The notes: generated by a model not told the origin, from the sequence alone. 64,000 bases of DNA from Candidatus Kaiserbacteria bacterium (GCA_023267655.1 JAHFMV010000004.1:10044-74043); one strand, 5' to 3'; positions 20,514 through 31,022 are shown, numbered from the stretch's first letter. Translations and numbers: made by a program.

Positions 20514-23393
20514 ATGCGCTCGTACGACCATAAAAAAATAGAGCAGAAATGGCAGAAAGACTGGACGAAAAAGAAGCTCTACAAAACGGCCGACTCGGTG
20601 AAAGGGAAAGAGAATTTCCAACTTCTCGTCGAATTTCCATATCCCTCCGGTAATCTCCACGTCGGGCATTGGTATGCGTTTGCGGAGCCCGATATTTTAG
20701 CGCGCCATCTGCGCATGACGGGGAAGAACGTGATGTATCCGATTGGTTTCGATGCCTTCGGACTTCCCGCGGAAAATGCTGCGATAAAAAACGGACTGAA
20801 TCCAAAAAAATGGACGTTCGGCAATATCGCATACATGAAAAAGCAGATCGCATCGATGGGCACATCGTTTGATTGGTCGCGTGAAGTGATTACCGCCGAT
20901 CCCGCGTACTACCAATGGACGCAATGGCTCTTTTTGCAGTTTTTCAAGAAAGGCCTTGCATATAAAAAAGAGACTGCGGTGAATTGGTGTCCAAAAGACA
21001 AAACAGTGCTCGCGAACGAACAAGTGGTAAATGGCAAATGCGAACGCTGCGGCACGGAAGTTGAGCAACGCAACATGTTGCAGTGGAATTTGAAAATCAC
21101 GGACTATGCCGACCGTCTCGTCGATGATCTCGCGCCGCTCGATTGGCCGGAACAAATCAAAGAATCGCAACGCAATTGGATCGGCCGCAGCGAAGGCGCG
21201 GAAATTGATTTCTTTCTTGATTTTGGCGACGAGAAGGTAAATGCGCGCACCGACGCTAGTGGCAAACGTGCACATATCAAAATTTTTACCACGCGGGCAG
21301 ATACGCTTTTCGGCGCGACATATTTGGTACTTTCGCCCGAGCATCTATGGGTAAAATTGGCCCTCGGACACAGGACAGTTCTCAAAAATAACGAGGAAGT
21401 TCAAAAGTATGTCCGTGTAGCAGGGAAGAAAACAGAGTTAGAACGGCAGGAAAATAAAGAAAAGACCGGCGTGAAATTGGAGGGTGTTGAAGCAATCAAT
21501 CCGGCAACTGGTGAAAAGATTCCGTTATTCGTTGCTGACTACGTTCTCGCGCACTACGGTACCGGCGCAATCATGGCGGTCCCCGCACACGATGAACGTG
21601 ATTATGAATTTGCGACGAAATTTAAATTACCGATACGCGATGTTGTCGTCGAACAGACAACGCCACGAGTACCGGATGGTGTCTTCAGAAAAATCGGTAT
21701 AGCTATTGTCGAGAATGATAAAAATGAAGTGCTTTTACAATCAATTACTCACGAAGATCGCGTTGAATACGGACTACCTGGGGGAGGCATAGATGAAGGG
21801 GAGACAGAGGAAGAAGGAGTTATTCGCGAAGTTATCGAAGAAACAGGGTACACGAATTTTACTAATATCCGTCGCATTGGCACGGTTGAGTCAAATTTTT
21901 ATAATACCGTTCGAAAGATTAATCGACAGGCATTGGCCACATGCTATGCACTTCGTTTGAAAAATGAAACTAAGAAAGAATTGCAATTAACGGAACTTGA
22001 GAAAAAGGTCAAAATTGAAAATTTTTGGGTTAGTAAGCAAAAGGCCCTCGAACTCATTTCCGGATCACAATCTAACTCGGGTGAGGATCAGCCGTTATTC
22101 ATGCGATATCTTGGGGATAAAACTGATCCGTATACCGGTGCGGGCATACTGATACATTCTGCTGAATTTGATGGTCTAAATTCAGAAAAAGCGCGTCAAA
22201 AGATTACAGAAAAATTCGGCACGAAGAAGACGACGTACAAGATGCGCGATTGGGTTGTCTCGCGTCAGCGGTTCTGGGGCGTGCCGATTCCGATTATTCA
22301 TTGCCCGAAATGCGGTGATGTTGCGGTGCCGGATAAGGATTTACCCGTAAAGTTACCGGATTTGAAAGATTATCTGCCGACAGGAGACGGAAAGTCACCG
22401 CTCGCGAAAGTAAAATCATTCGTCAAGGTGAAATGTCCGCAGTGCAAAGGGAAAGCGGAACGCGAGATTGATACGTTTGATACCTTTGTCGACTCATCGT
22501 GGTATTTCCAAAGATATTCGGATCCGAAGAATACAAAGAAATTTGCGGATGCGAAAAAACTACAGAACTGGTTGCCGGTTGATTTGTATTCAGGCGGTGC
22601 CGAACATACGACGGTGCATCTTCTCTATAGCCGCTTCTGGCACAAGGCGATGTTTGATCTCGGGCTCGTAAAAGATGCAGAGCCATACACGCGTCGCATG
22701 AATCGCTCGCTTATCATGGGTCCTGACGGACAGAAAATGTCGAAATCGCGCGGCAACGTGATCGATCCGGATGAAGTCGTGCGCAATCTTGGTGCTGATA
22801 CGGTGCGTATGTATTTGGCCTTTATCGGCCCGTACAACGAAGTGGCAAGTTATCCATGGAATCCAAACGGGGTCGTTGGCGTGCGTCGATTTCTCGAGCG
22901 AGTCTGGCGCCTTCACGAACGACTCTCGGCTGTGCAGCATCCGCTTGTCGAGCGCGCGATTCATGTGTGTGCAAAGAAATTGACCGAAGATTTGCCGCAA
23001 ATGAAATTCAATACCGCCATCGCGGCGATGATGCTGTTTCTTAACGAAGCCGAAGCAAAGGGAATTACCAAGGGTCAATATCTCGTCCTTCTGCGTCTTC
23101 TTGCGCCGTTCGCGCCGCATATCACGGATGAGCTGTGGCACATCCTCGGCAACAAGAAGTCGGTCCATCTCGAAGCATGGCCAAAATATGATCCGAAGAA
23201 AGTTGTGTCGGAAGAAGCGACGATCGTGGTTCAAATCAATGGCAAGGTTCGCGCACAAGTCCAGGTAGCGTCAAATTCGAGCGAAGCGTTGGTACGCGCA
23301 GAAGCCGAAAAGACAGTTGAAAAATGGCTTGAAGGGAAGTCGGTACGTAAAGTCATCTTCGTACCGAACCGACTGATCAATTTCGTCGTTTAA
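20514..23393 (+). CDS. leuS: Leucine--tRNA ligase with inserted NUDIX domain
   Basis: FPYPSGNLHVGH, GTGAIMAVPAHD, KMSKS; NUDIX box GGIDEGETEEEGVIREVIEETG. Confidence 0.96.
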   Translation: MRSYDHKKIEQKWQKDWTKKKLYKTADSVKGKENFQLLVEFPYPSGNLHVGHWYAFAEPDILARHLRMTGKNVMYPIGFDAFGLPAENAAIKNGLNPKKWTFGNIAYMKKQIASMGTSFDWSREVITADPAYYQWTQWLFLQFFKKGLAYKKETAVNWCPKDKTVLANEQVVNGKCERCGTEVEQRNMLQWNLKITDYADRLVDDLAPLDWPEQIKESQRNWIGRSEGAEIDFFLDFGDEKVNARTDASGKRAHIKIFTTRADTLFGATYLVLSPEHLWVKLALGHRTVLKNNEEVQKYVRVAGKKTELERQENKEKTGVKLEGVEAINPATGEKIPLFVADYVLAHYGTGAIMAVPAHDERDYEFATKFKLPIRDVVVEQTTPRVPDGVFRKIGIAIVENDKNEVLLQSITHEDRVEYGLPGGGIDEGETEEEGVIREVIEETGYTNFTNIRRIGTVESNFYNTVRKINRQALATCYALRLKNETKKELQLTELEKKVKIENFWVSKQKALELISGSQSNSGEDQPLFMRYLGDKTDPYTGAGILIHSAEFDGLNSEKARQKITEKFGTKKTTYKMRDWVVSRQRFWGVPIPIIHCPKCGDVAVPDKDLPVKLPDLKDYLPTGDGKSPLAKVKSFVKVKCPQCKGKAEREIDTFDTFVDSSWYFQRYSDPKNTKKFADAKKLQNWLPVDLYSGGAEHTTVHLLYSRFWHKAMFDLGLVKDAEPYTRRMNRSLIMGPDGQKMSKSRGNVIDPDEVVRNLGADTVRMYLAFIGPYNEVASYPWNPNGVVGVRRFLERVWRLHERLSAVQHPLVERAIHVCAKKLTEDLPQMKFNTAIAAMMLFLNEAEAKGITKGQYLVLLRLLAPFAPHITDELWHILGNKKSVHLEAWPKYDPKKVVSEEATIVVQINGKVRAQVQVASNSSEALVRAEAEKTVEKWLEGKSVRKVIFVPNRLINFVV

Positions 23394-24868
23394 TACTTGG
23401 CGACGAGTCGTGGGCCGTCGGCGGTGTCTTCGATCACATACCCTGCGGATTCAATTTCTGTGCGAACCTGGTCGGCGACATCCCATTTCTTTTCTGCACG
23501 CGCTTCTTCACGCTTTGCAAGTAGGTCGCGCACATGTGCAGGAACGTCGGCAGAAGAAACTACGGCGCCAAGTTCCTTGCGATATAACTCACTCGCGCGA
23601 TCATCAGGCTGTGCGAGCTGCAATCCAAATACTTTATCTGCCGCGAGAATGCCTGCGCGAATGTCCGCGTGCGGGACATTTTTGTCATTGATCATTTCCC
23701 ACACAACGGCGAGTGCGCCCGGCGTATCAAAATCATCATTTATGCGCTCTTGGAAGCGAGTGAGATACGAAATCGGTTTAGAGCCGTCGTGCGGCAGTTC
23801 ATCAACAAGTTTCCGCAATTTCAAAAACGCCGTTTGCGCCGCTTGCAGTGCATCCCACGTAAAGTTCGATGGCTGACGATAATGCGCACCGAGCAGGAGA
23901 TAGCGAAACGCGAGCGGGTGGAATCCTTTCTCAATAATATCCGAAAGATACACAGTATTGCCTTCGGATTTTGAAATTTTTGAGCTCTCGATCTGCAAGT
24001 GCGCGCGATGAAGCCAATAGCGTGAGAACGGTTTCTTGCCCGTCGCGCTCTCCGACTGCGCGATTTCGTTGTTGTGATGCACAGGGATGTGTTCGATACC
24101 GCCGGTATGGATATCGATCTGTTCTCCCAAAATCGCGCGGCTCATCGCGGAGCATTCGATGTGCCACCCGGGGAAGCCCAGACCCCACGGGCTCTCCCAC
24201 CCCAACTTCTTGTCCAATTTCCACAACAAAAAATCCGTCGGATTGCGCTTTTCGATGGTTGCCTCGACACGTGCGCCTTCTTTCAAGCCCTCAAGATTGA
24301 TGTTGCCCAATTTGCCGTAGGCGGGAAATCGCGAGGTATCAAAATACACGCCATCGGTGCCACGATACGCATATCCTTTCTCTTCGAGCGTCTGTATCAT
24401 CGCGATTTGTGCAGGAATATAATCTGACGCGCGCGGAAAATGCGTCCCATCAGTTTTAATATTCAGTGTCGCAAGATCGGCGAGAAACAGCTCGGTGTAT
24501 TTTTCCGCAAGCGCGCGCATGTTCTCGAGCGTCAGTTTCATTTTCTCGCGCTTGAGGCCTTTGGTCATTTTGTCTTCGCCGTCGTCGCCGTCGGAGACAA
24601 GATGCCCGACGTCGGTGATGTTGATGACTTGTTTGACCGCATAGCCGTTCATCTCAAACGTGCGTCGCACGATGTCGGTAAAGACAAACATCGACAGGTT
24701 ACCGATGTGCTGCACGCCGTACACCGTCGGGCCGCAGTTGTACATCTTGACGTGACCCGGCTTCAGAGGCTCGAAGACCTCGGCCGATTGCGTGAGAGTG
24801 TTGTAGAGATGAAGGGGCGGATTTGTATCCACCGTCTTTCCACCGAGCAGCTTGTCCAACCACTTCAT
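23390..24868 (-). CDS. cysS: Cysteine--tRNA ligase
   Basis: CGPTVY..HIGN, GFPGWHIECSAM, HH.NE.AQ, KISKS. Confidence 0.96.
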   Translation of the reverse strand: MKWLDKLLGGKTVDTNPPLHLYNTLTQSAEVFEPLKPGHVKMYNCGPTVYGVQHIGNLSMFVFTDIVRRTFEMNGYAVKQVINITDVGHLVSDGDDGEDKMTKGLKREKMKLTLENMRALAEKYTELFLADLATLNIKTDGTHFPRASDYIPAQIAMIQTLEEKGYAYRGTDGVYFDTSRFPAYGKLGNINLEGLKEGARVEATIEKRNPTDFLLWKLDKKLGWESPWGLGFPGWHIECSAMSRAILGEQIDIHTGGIEHIPVHHNNEIAQSESATGKKPFSRYWLHRAHLQIESSKISKSEGNTVYLSDIIEKGFHPLAFRYLLLGAHYRQPSNFTWDALQAAQTAFLKLRKLVDELPHDGSKPISYLTRFQERINDDFDTPGALAVVWEMINDKNVPHADIRAGILAADKVFGLQLAQPDDRASELYRKELGAVVSSADVPAHVRDLLAKREEARAEKKWDVADQVRTEIESAGYVIEDTADGPRLVAKY

Positions 24869-24902
24869 GTGAAGCATGCTACCAAGTCTCTTCGCATTTT
24901 AC

Positions 24903-24932
24903 TAGAACCTGAAACCGGTAACCTGACACCTA
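24903..24932. repeat. TAGAACC/TGACACC heptamer array
   Basis: TAGAACC TGAAACC GGTAACC TGACACC TA; same family as 5231-5260. Confidence 0.75.
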
Positions 24933-24935
24933 TTA

Positions 24936-25847
24936 CTACAGCCACTTTTTATATTTGAAGTACATGAGCATTCCTGTGCCGGCGGCAAGGACGATACATA
25001 TGATTATCCAGAAATCGAACGGACGCCCGAGAATCGGATTGTGTTCGGAATGCACGTTCAAAATGGAAACGAGAAGCGACAGTGGAAACGTGAGGAACGC
25101 CATGATCGTAAGACGGCGCATTGTCTCGCCTTCCTTGGTAGAAAGAAGAGAATTGTTCGTCTCGCGAATTTCATGCAAGGTGTCCGTGAGGCGCATGATA
25201 TGGTTGTGGAGTCGGTAATAATCATTTTCGAGCGCGCGGAGGTATTGCACGAATTCTTCGCCGAAGAATTTCGCTCCGTCGTCAGCAAGTGTCTTTAAAA
25301 TATCGCGATGCGGTTCGATGGTCTGACGCAGGTTCAATACATCGCGTGCACACTGCGAAATCGCGCGGACCATGCGTACTTCGAGCCCCCCGAAAAGATT
25401 GTGCTCGATATGAACAAGATCAGTACGCACAAAATCGAGTTCGTGCTCGACTGCCTTGTAGAGACGGCGAAGCATGTAGAAAAAGAGATATCCCGCGTGC
25501 TCGCCCATCGGGCTTTTGTCCAAGACCGAATTCACCTCGAACACTTTGGAGAATTTGTGCAGAGGATCGATCGTATCGTAGTGCGTCGTGATCAAGAATT
25601 TTTCGCCGACGACAAAATCAACTTCTTGCTCTTCAGTCTTGTGAGCGTGACGTAGGGCAGGGAAGTGCAAAATGACATACAGGTATTTGTCGTGGAATTC
25701 GACGCGTGGCTTTTGCGTGGGTAGCAGTAATTCTTCAGCAACAAAATGATTGAGGCCATATTCGTCCATCACGCGGCGGACTTCGTCCGTTGTCGGATTT
25801 TCAAGGTCGACCCACGTGACGCCGCCGTGTTCATAGCGCGATAACAT
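24936..25847 (-). CDS. corA: CorA-family divalent cation transporter
   Basis: WVDLENPT, RVE, MRRLTI + two C-terminal TMs; canonical GMN motif not evident. Confidence 0.8.
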   Translation of the reverse strand: MLSRYEHGGVTWVDLENPTTDEVRRVMDEYGLNHFVAEELLLPTQKPRVEFHDKYLYVILHFPALRHAHKTEEQEVDFVVGEKFLITTHYDTIDPLHKFSKVFEVNSVLDKSPMGEHAGYLFFYMLRRLYKAVEHELDFVRTDLVHIEHNLFGGLEVRMVRAISQCARDVLNLRQTIEPHRDILKTLADDGAKFFGEEFVQYLRALENDYYRLHNHIMRLTDTLHEIRETNNSLLSTKEGETMRRLTIMAFLTFPLSLLVSILNVHSEHNPILGRPFDFWIIICIVLAAGTGMLMYFKYKKWL

Positions 25848-25886
25848 CTGAATAGTATATAGCCACTAGCCAATAGCCACTAGGGA
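25845..25886 (-). promoter_or_regulatory. TAGCCAC-array / TATACT / ATG promoter module
   Basis: 40 of 42 nt identical to 51711-51752. Confidence 0.75.
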
Positions 25887-25944
25887 TTACGATACACAGC
25901 TGTGCATTCTTTTAAATTTGAATTACTTGTGCGATACTTGTGCG

Positions 25945-27198
25945 ATGAATATCGAAGGGAAGATGCGCGCACTGATCGCGTCCACCGTTTTTTTGACCGT
26001 CATCGGCTTTGTCAGCGGTTTTGCGATTGGGAGTTCGCATGTCGCGCAAGGAGTTTTGCCCGCATCGGTCGCACAAGCCATCGGCGCCGACCAGCCGCCA
26101 ACCGGCGTTGATTTTTCTCCCGTGTGGAAAGCATGGGCGACTATTAATGATAAATTTGTGCCGGCATCGGTTCCGACGACGACTGCATCGTCATCGCCGC
26201 AAGTAGTGGGCACGCCCGAAGAGCGCCGCGTCTACGGAATGATCCAAGGGCTCGCTGATTCGCTCGGTGATCCATATACCTTTTATCTCCCACCGGTCGA
26301 ACAAAAACAATTCTCTGAAGATTTGAGCGGGGAATTCACGGGCGTCGGCATGGAAATCGCGATCAAGAACGAAATGTTGACCGTCGTGGCGCCGCTCAAG
26401 GGCACGCCAGCCGAGCGTGCGGGCATCAAGCCAGGCGACCTTGTCTTGCAGATCGATGGTGTCGACACGAAAGGTCTCGATATTACCGCTGCTGTTAATC
26501 GCATTCGCGGACCGAAAGGCACAATCGTGACCTTGCATGTCATGCGCGAAGGATGGAAGGAGCCGCAAGACATCAAAGTGACGCGCGATGTCATCAGCGT
26601 GCCGGTTGTGGAGACTGACAAAAAACCGGGCGGCGTGTTCGTGCTCTCGCTGCACAATTTCACCGCCAATTCGCCGGAACTATTCCGCAACGCGATGCGT
26701 GAATTTGTCGAAAGCGGCGACACGAGACTCGTCTTGGATCTGCGCGGGAATCCTGGCGGCTATCTCGAAGCAGCAGTGGATATGGCGAGCTGGTTCTTGC
26801 CGACAGGGAAGGTTGTGGTGACGGAAGATTATGCGGGACACCAAGACAACATTGTGCATCGCTCGCGCGGGTACAATATCTTTAATTCGAATTTGAAAAT
26901 GGTGATTCTTGTCGACAAAGGCTCCGCGTCGGCATCAGAAATTCTCGCCGGAGCTCTGCAACAAAATAAGATCGCACCGCTCGTCGGTACTAATACGTTC
27001 GGCAAGGGCTCAGTGCAAGAATTGGTGCCGATTACGGAGAATACCGGACTCAAGGTCACGGTCGCTCGTTGGCTTGAACCGGATGGCACGCACATCCCGA
27101 CGACCGGTATCACGCCGGATGTGGAAGTAAAAATTCCGGAAGATAATAAACCTCCTGCAGATCCGCAGATGGATAAGGCGCTTGAATTACTAAAATAA
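25945..27198 (+). CDS. S41 carboxy-terminal processing protease (PDZ)
   Basis: GVGMEI, DLRGNPGG, SASASEI, TFGKG.VQ. Confidence 0.93.
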   Translation: MNIEGKMRALIASTVFLTVIGFVSGFAIGSSHVAQGVLPASVAQAIGADQPPTGVDFSPVWKAWATINDKFVPASVPTTTASSSPQVVGTPEERRVYGMIQGLADSLGDPYTFYLPPVEQKQFSEDLSGEFTGVGMEIAIKNEMLTVVAPLKGTPAERAGIKPGDLVLQIDGVDTKGLDITAAVNRIRGPKGTIVTLHVMREGWKEPQDIKVTRDVISVPVVETDKKPGGVFVLSLHNFTANSPELFRNAMREFVESGDTRLVLDLRGNPGGYLEAAVDMASWFLPTGKVVVTEDYAGHQDNIVHRSRGYNIFNSNLKMVILVDKGSASASEILAGALQQNKIAPLVGTNTFGKGSVQELVPITENTGLKVTVARWLEPDGTHIPTTGITPDVEVKIPEDNKPPADPQMDKALELLK

Positions 27199-27201
27199 AT
27201 G

Positions 27202-27225
27202 CCCCCGCAGTGCGTACCGCGGGGG
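27202..27225. terminator. GC-rich hairpin between convergent genes
   Basis: CCCCCGC...GCGGGGG. Confidence 0.55.
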
Positions 27226-27241
27226 ACTTGCGTTTGCTGGG

Positions 27242-27586
27242 CTATTTGCGGGGGACTGCGAGGCTCAACATTTGGTAATACTCTTCTCGTGATGCGGTGA
27301 ATTTTCCCGTGCACGTGGAATATCCGTTTCTGCTTCCGCGTGTTCGGTCTATTCGACCTCGCAAATCCCTGGCATCCTGTTGTTTTTGCATTTCGAAACG
27401 GACATATGAACCGCGAGGAATACTGCATCGTGGATCGTGATCCAACCAAGAGTCGGATGTAACCAAGGTCCACGAACTGACGCGAACAGGCTGACCGTAT
27501 TCTGGTCCGGGAGACAGGAAGAAATAGTACCCGGCTCCTACAAGGACAAGACTCGTTACGGCGTACAGTGCGCTTGAGACCCTCAT
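27242..27586 (-). CDS. Hypothetical membrane-anchored protein (SD-led)
   Basis: N-terminal TM; AGGAG SD; TTGACT-17-TATTAT promoter. Confidence 0.65.
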   Translation of the reverse strand: MRVSSALYAVTSLVLVGAGYYFFLSPGPEYGQPVRVSSWTLVTSDSWLDHDPRCSIPRGSYVRFEMQKQQDARDLRGRIDRTRGSRNGYSTCTGKFTASREEYYQMLSLAVPRK

Positions 27587-27654
27587 CTGCTTCTCCTACA
27601 TCTAGAGCCAATACGATAATACAATATTAATAAACTCTAGTCAACTTGCGGCAT

Positions 27655-28596
27655 CCGTGAATAACGAAATTCCATAATCGCACAACAAAGCCACAAAAAT
27701 GCAAAAAGGAACATGGGACAATGGATGGGTACCAACCTAACCATTGAAAACCATGCTCCCTTTGCAAGCGGATGATATCGCTGATTTGTTTTGTTGGGTA
27801 GATGAGCGGGTGCCTAAAGCCAAGGTGCACCCCGGGCGTCCTCCGGCGCTCGCAGACGCCGAAATCGTCACCATCCTCATCTGGCACACCATTCTCTTGA
27901 AACAGAAAACACTGAAGGACATATACGACCATGTACTCCGATATCATCAGTGCGATTTTCCTCGTGTGCCGACGTATCAAGCTTTTGTGCGTGAAGTACA
28001 TCGTGCACTGCCTGTGTGTTTTGATCGTCTCTCGGCATTGCTTTCGTCAGAAGAAGCAACCCGCATCATGGACTCAACGATGCTCGAAGTGTGCAAGCTG
28101 CATCGAGCCGATGACTATTCCGTGGCTCCAGATATGGTTGATTTCGGCAAGAACTGGCAGGGTTGGCACTTTGGATTCAAGCTGCACGCCAGTATCTCGC
28201 TCGATGGCCGCTTGTGCGGGCTCGCACTCACTGGAGCGAACGTATACGACGCGCAAATGGAACATCTCCTCTTGAACAAACACACGAGGATTGCGGTGGG
28301 TGACACCTTGTATGGCGCCTCGGTGATGCGTGAGCGGATGTGGAAGCGATACGGCACTATCATCATCGCACCGCCGCATCCAAAGCAAAAGGAAAAGATC
28401 GCTGCTCCATGGCAGATCGATCTTCTGCACATCCGATCGAAAATTGAATCGGTCTTCGATTACCTCAAGGAGCACCTGCATCTCGTCTCATCATTTCCGC
28501 GTTCGATGGCGGGATACCTCGTGCACTACCTTCGTATCCTGCTGAGCTACCAAATCATGGCTCTGTGCAAAGGGTTTTGAATTTCGTTATTCACGG
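27655..28596 (+). mobile_element. IS982-family insertion sequence (942 bp)
   Basis: 18-bp terminal IRs CCGTGAATAACGAAATTC; 7-bp direct repeat GCGGCAT at 27648-27654 and 28597-28603. Confidence 0.9.
27744..28580 (+). CDS. IS982-family DDE transposase
   Basis: GRPPAL.D.EI, DSTML.VC, GWHFGFKLH, GD..Y, R..IESVF..LK. Confidence 0.9.
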   Translation: MKTMLPLQADDIADLFCWVDERVPKAKVHPGRPPALADAEIVTILIWHTILLKQKTLKDIYDHVLRYHQCDFPRVPTYQAFVREVHRALPVCFDRLSALLSSEEATRIMDSTMLEVCKLHRADDYSVAPDMVDFGKNWQGWHFGFKLHASISLDGRLCGLALTGANVYDAQMEHLLLNKHTRIAVGDTLYGASVMRERMWKRYGTIIIAPPHPKQKEKIAAPWQIDLLHIRSKIESVFDYLKEHLHLVSSFPRSMAGYLVHYLRILLSYQIMALCKGF

Positions 28597-28641
28597 GCGG
28601 CATACCTTGCAGACGCGAGTTCCGTGCTCAATACTACGGTT

Positions 28642-29082
28642 ATGCAGATCATCATGTTACGAGATGTCTCTGGCGTTGGGCAAAAGGGGAGCGTCAAGAA
28701 CGTCTCCGACGGGTATGCGCTCAACCACCTGATCCCCAATAAGATGGCGCAAATGGCGACGCCGGACGCGCTTAAGAATTTAGAGAAGAAAAATGCCGAC
28801 GACAAGGCGCGTCGCGCGGAGCAAGAAAAAGAATGGGCGGCGATTGCACAGAGGATGCAATCATTCACGCTCATGGTGCGCGCGAATGGGGACGCAAAAG
28901 GGCATTTATATAAAAAGATTTCGGCGGAAGATATTGCAAAAGTTTTGCGAGAGCAGGGAATCGATGTACCTGAAGAATCAATCCATCCAAAAATGCCCAT
29001 TAAACAAACCGGCACATGGCCGGTTGAGATTCGCCTGGGAAGTATCGTGGCGACGATCACTGTCGAAGTGATTACTTCGTAG
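28642..29082 (+). CDS. rplI: 50S ribosomal protein L9
   Basis: [24 protein letters not shown]. Confidence 0.94.
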   Translation: MQIIMLRDVSGVGQKGSVKNVSDGYALNHLIPNKMAQMATPDALKNLEKKNADDKARRAEQEKEWAAIAQRMQSFTLMVRANGDAKGHLYKKISAEDIAKVLREQGIDVPEESIHPKMPIKQTGTWPVEIRLGSIVATITVEVITS

Positions 29083-29353
29083 CAGAAACAGAAACGATCG
29101 AGCGCACCGTGGTGCGTCCGTCAAAATTTCCTTTGCGCTTCAGTGCGAATTTAACGATGCCGTTTGCCATTGCGAAAAGCGTGTGATCTTTGGCGACGGC
29201 GACATTCTTGCCGGCCATGATCTTCGTGCCGCGTTGGCGGACGATGATTTCTCCGGGCGTGACACTAGAGCCATCTGCGCGCTTAACGCCGAGATACTTC
29301 GGATTTGAATCAGTCAGGTTTTTCGCTGTGCCGGCGGCTTTGGTTGTGGCCAT
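29072..29353 (-). CDS. rpmA: 50S ribosomal protein L27
   Basis: [25 protein letters not shown]. Confidence 0.95.
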   Translation of the reverse strand: MATTKAAGTAKNLTDSNPKYLGVKRADGSSVTPGEIIVRQRGTKIMAGKNVAVAKDHTLFAMANGIVKFALKRKGNFDGRTTVRSIVSVSATK

Positions 29354-29361
29354 AAAATGCA

Positions 29362-29404
29362 GTATTCCGTATCGCGGTATACCGTATACTGTATACGAAA
29401 TACC
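29362..29404. repeat. GTATACC-type heptamer array in divergent promoter region
   Basis: GTATTCC GTATCGC G GTATACC GTATACT GTATACG AAATACC. Confidence 0.65.
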
Positions 29405-29410
29405 TCGAAC

Positions 29411-29782
29411 ATGACTAATATACAAGACCAATGGCTAAAAATCAAGAGTGCGGGAGAAGTAGCGCTGGGGGAATGGGGGTTGATCCTGATCGTTCTTTTG
29501 GTCGGCCTTTCGAGCTTTGGGTTAGGGCGTTTATCGGCCACAGAAGCCTCAAAATCAGCCATTTCGGTCTCCCAGGCGCCTCTTGAGGCAGAGCCGAAGG
29601 GAATGGCCATCGGTGGGCTGGTAGAGGCCTCGCGGACGGGTACGGTCTACTACTACCCATGGTGTGGTGGGGCAACGAGCATCAAGCCGGAGAATCAGCT
29701 GTGGTTTAAGACCGAAGACGCTGCAAAGGCAGCGGGGTATGCCGCGGCAAAGAATTGTAAGGGACTCGGGGATAGCCACTAG
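29411..29782 (+). CDS. Membrane-anchored protein with Ada-like metal-binding C-terminus
   Basis: TM then [15 protein letters not shown]...A..AGY....C. Confidence 0.75.
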   Translation: MTNIQDQWLKIKSAGEVALGEWGLILIVLLVGLSSFGLGRLSATEASKSAISVSQAPLEAEPKGMAIGGLVEASRTGTVYYYPWCGGATSIKPENQLWFKTEDAAKAAGYAAAKNCKGLGDSH

Positions 29783-29863
29783 CGACTAGCCAATAGTCAC
29801 TAGGGGAAATACAAGACGCATTTCCTAGTCGCTATTGGCTAGTGGCTATATACTGTTCCTATG
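29773..29863. repeat. Paired inverted TAGCCAC arrays supplying upstream stop and downstream -10/ATG
   Basis: 29773-29807 and inverted 29823-29848, then TATACT-6 nt-ATG. Confidence 0.88.
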
Positions 29864-30454
29864 CTCGTCGTTGACGTTGAAGCTTCAGGAACAGAAGCCC
29901 ACAAGCATTCCATCGTTTCGGTGGGCGCTTTGGATTTGGCGAATCCGACGAATCGTTTTTACGAAGAATGCCGTGTCTGGGACGGCGCACATATCATGGA
30001 TGAGGCACTCGCGGTCAATGGCTTTACTAAAGAGCAGATTACTGATCCGAAGAAACAAAGTGAAGCGGATCTCGTGCACGCATTCATGCATTGGAGCAAG
30101 GATTTACCGGAAAAAACGCTCGCGGGACAAAACGTTTCGTTTGATCGCGATTTCTTGAAATACGCATCGGAGAGAGCAGGGCACACTGAATGGCCATTCG
30201 CCTACCGCACGATTGATACACATACCCTTTGCTACATGCACTACGTGACCCATGGCAAACAACCGCCGGTCATGAAGAATCGTTCCGCCCTGGATCTGGA
30301 CGCCGTCCTTAACTACTGCGGCATTCCCGAGGAACCGCACCCTCACAACGCTCTCACTGGCGCGCTTTCGCACGCGGAAGTCATCTCCCGCCTTCTGTAC
30401 GGTAGGAAACTTCTTCCGGAATTTTCACAGTTTGAAATTCCGTGGAAGAAATAG
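29861..30454 (+). CDS. DEDDh 3'-5' exonuclease
   Basis: VDVEASG, QNVSFD, IDT, HNAL. Confidence 0.88.
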   Translation: MLVVDVEASGTEAHKHSIVSVGALDLANPTNRFYEECRVWDGAHIMDEALAVNGFTKEQITDPKKQSEADLVHAFMHWSKDLPEKTLAGQNVSFDRDFLKYASERAGHTEWPFAYRTIDTHTLCYMHYVTHGKQPPVMKNRSALDLDAVLNYCGIPEEPHPHNALTGALSHAEVISRLLYGRKLLPEFSQFEIPWKK

Positions 30455-30468
30455 TCCGCAGTACAACT

Positions 30469-31019
30469 TTATCCACGTCGAGTAATCAGGGACTTTAAAG
30501 ATGCGCGTCTCTTGAACTCGACAGCCTTTAAAAAATCAGTGAGATCGTCGCGAGCGGTAAAGCTATACGCTCGGATACGCGCATCGTCAACATCCGGATA
30601 GGGGATTTGTATGCATTCGATGATGTTTCCTGCGCTGAAATACGCCAACATCTTATCTGGGTTGCTCGTCTGCCCGCATTCGATGACTAGTTTCTTATCT
30701 ACACTCAGCACGTCGGGGTAATAGCCGCAAAAGGGCGCCTCAAACCGGACTTCTTTCCCGTATTCGCGAGAGACCAAGACCTGTGCAAGTTTTTTGAGCG
30801 CGATATGCGCTACGCCTCCGCCTCGGCATCATAATTGCCTTTGCGCGAAATTATCTCGATCTGTTCAAGGTATTCTTCTTTCGTTGAGATTGAGAATTCC
30901 TCATAGTGGAGATATCCCTCATCAACAAGAAACGCGATCTCCTGTACAAGCTCTTCAGAGGCCGTAAAGGCATGGGCGCTTGAATAAAAGATCGCTCGGA
31001 TTTTATCGATAGTGGACAT
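30469..31019 (-). pseudogene. Frameshifted PD-(D/E)xK-like nuclease-fold gene (two ORF halves)
   Basis: A -1 shift near 30828 joins ..GNYD to CRGGGVAHIALKK..YPDV..VIECG. Confidence 0.5.
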
Positions 31020-31022
31020 ACC

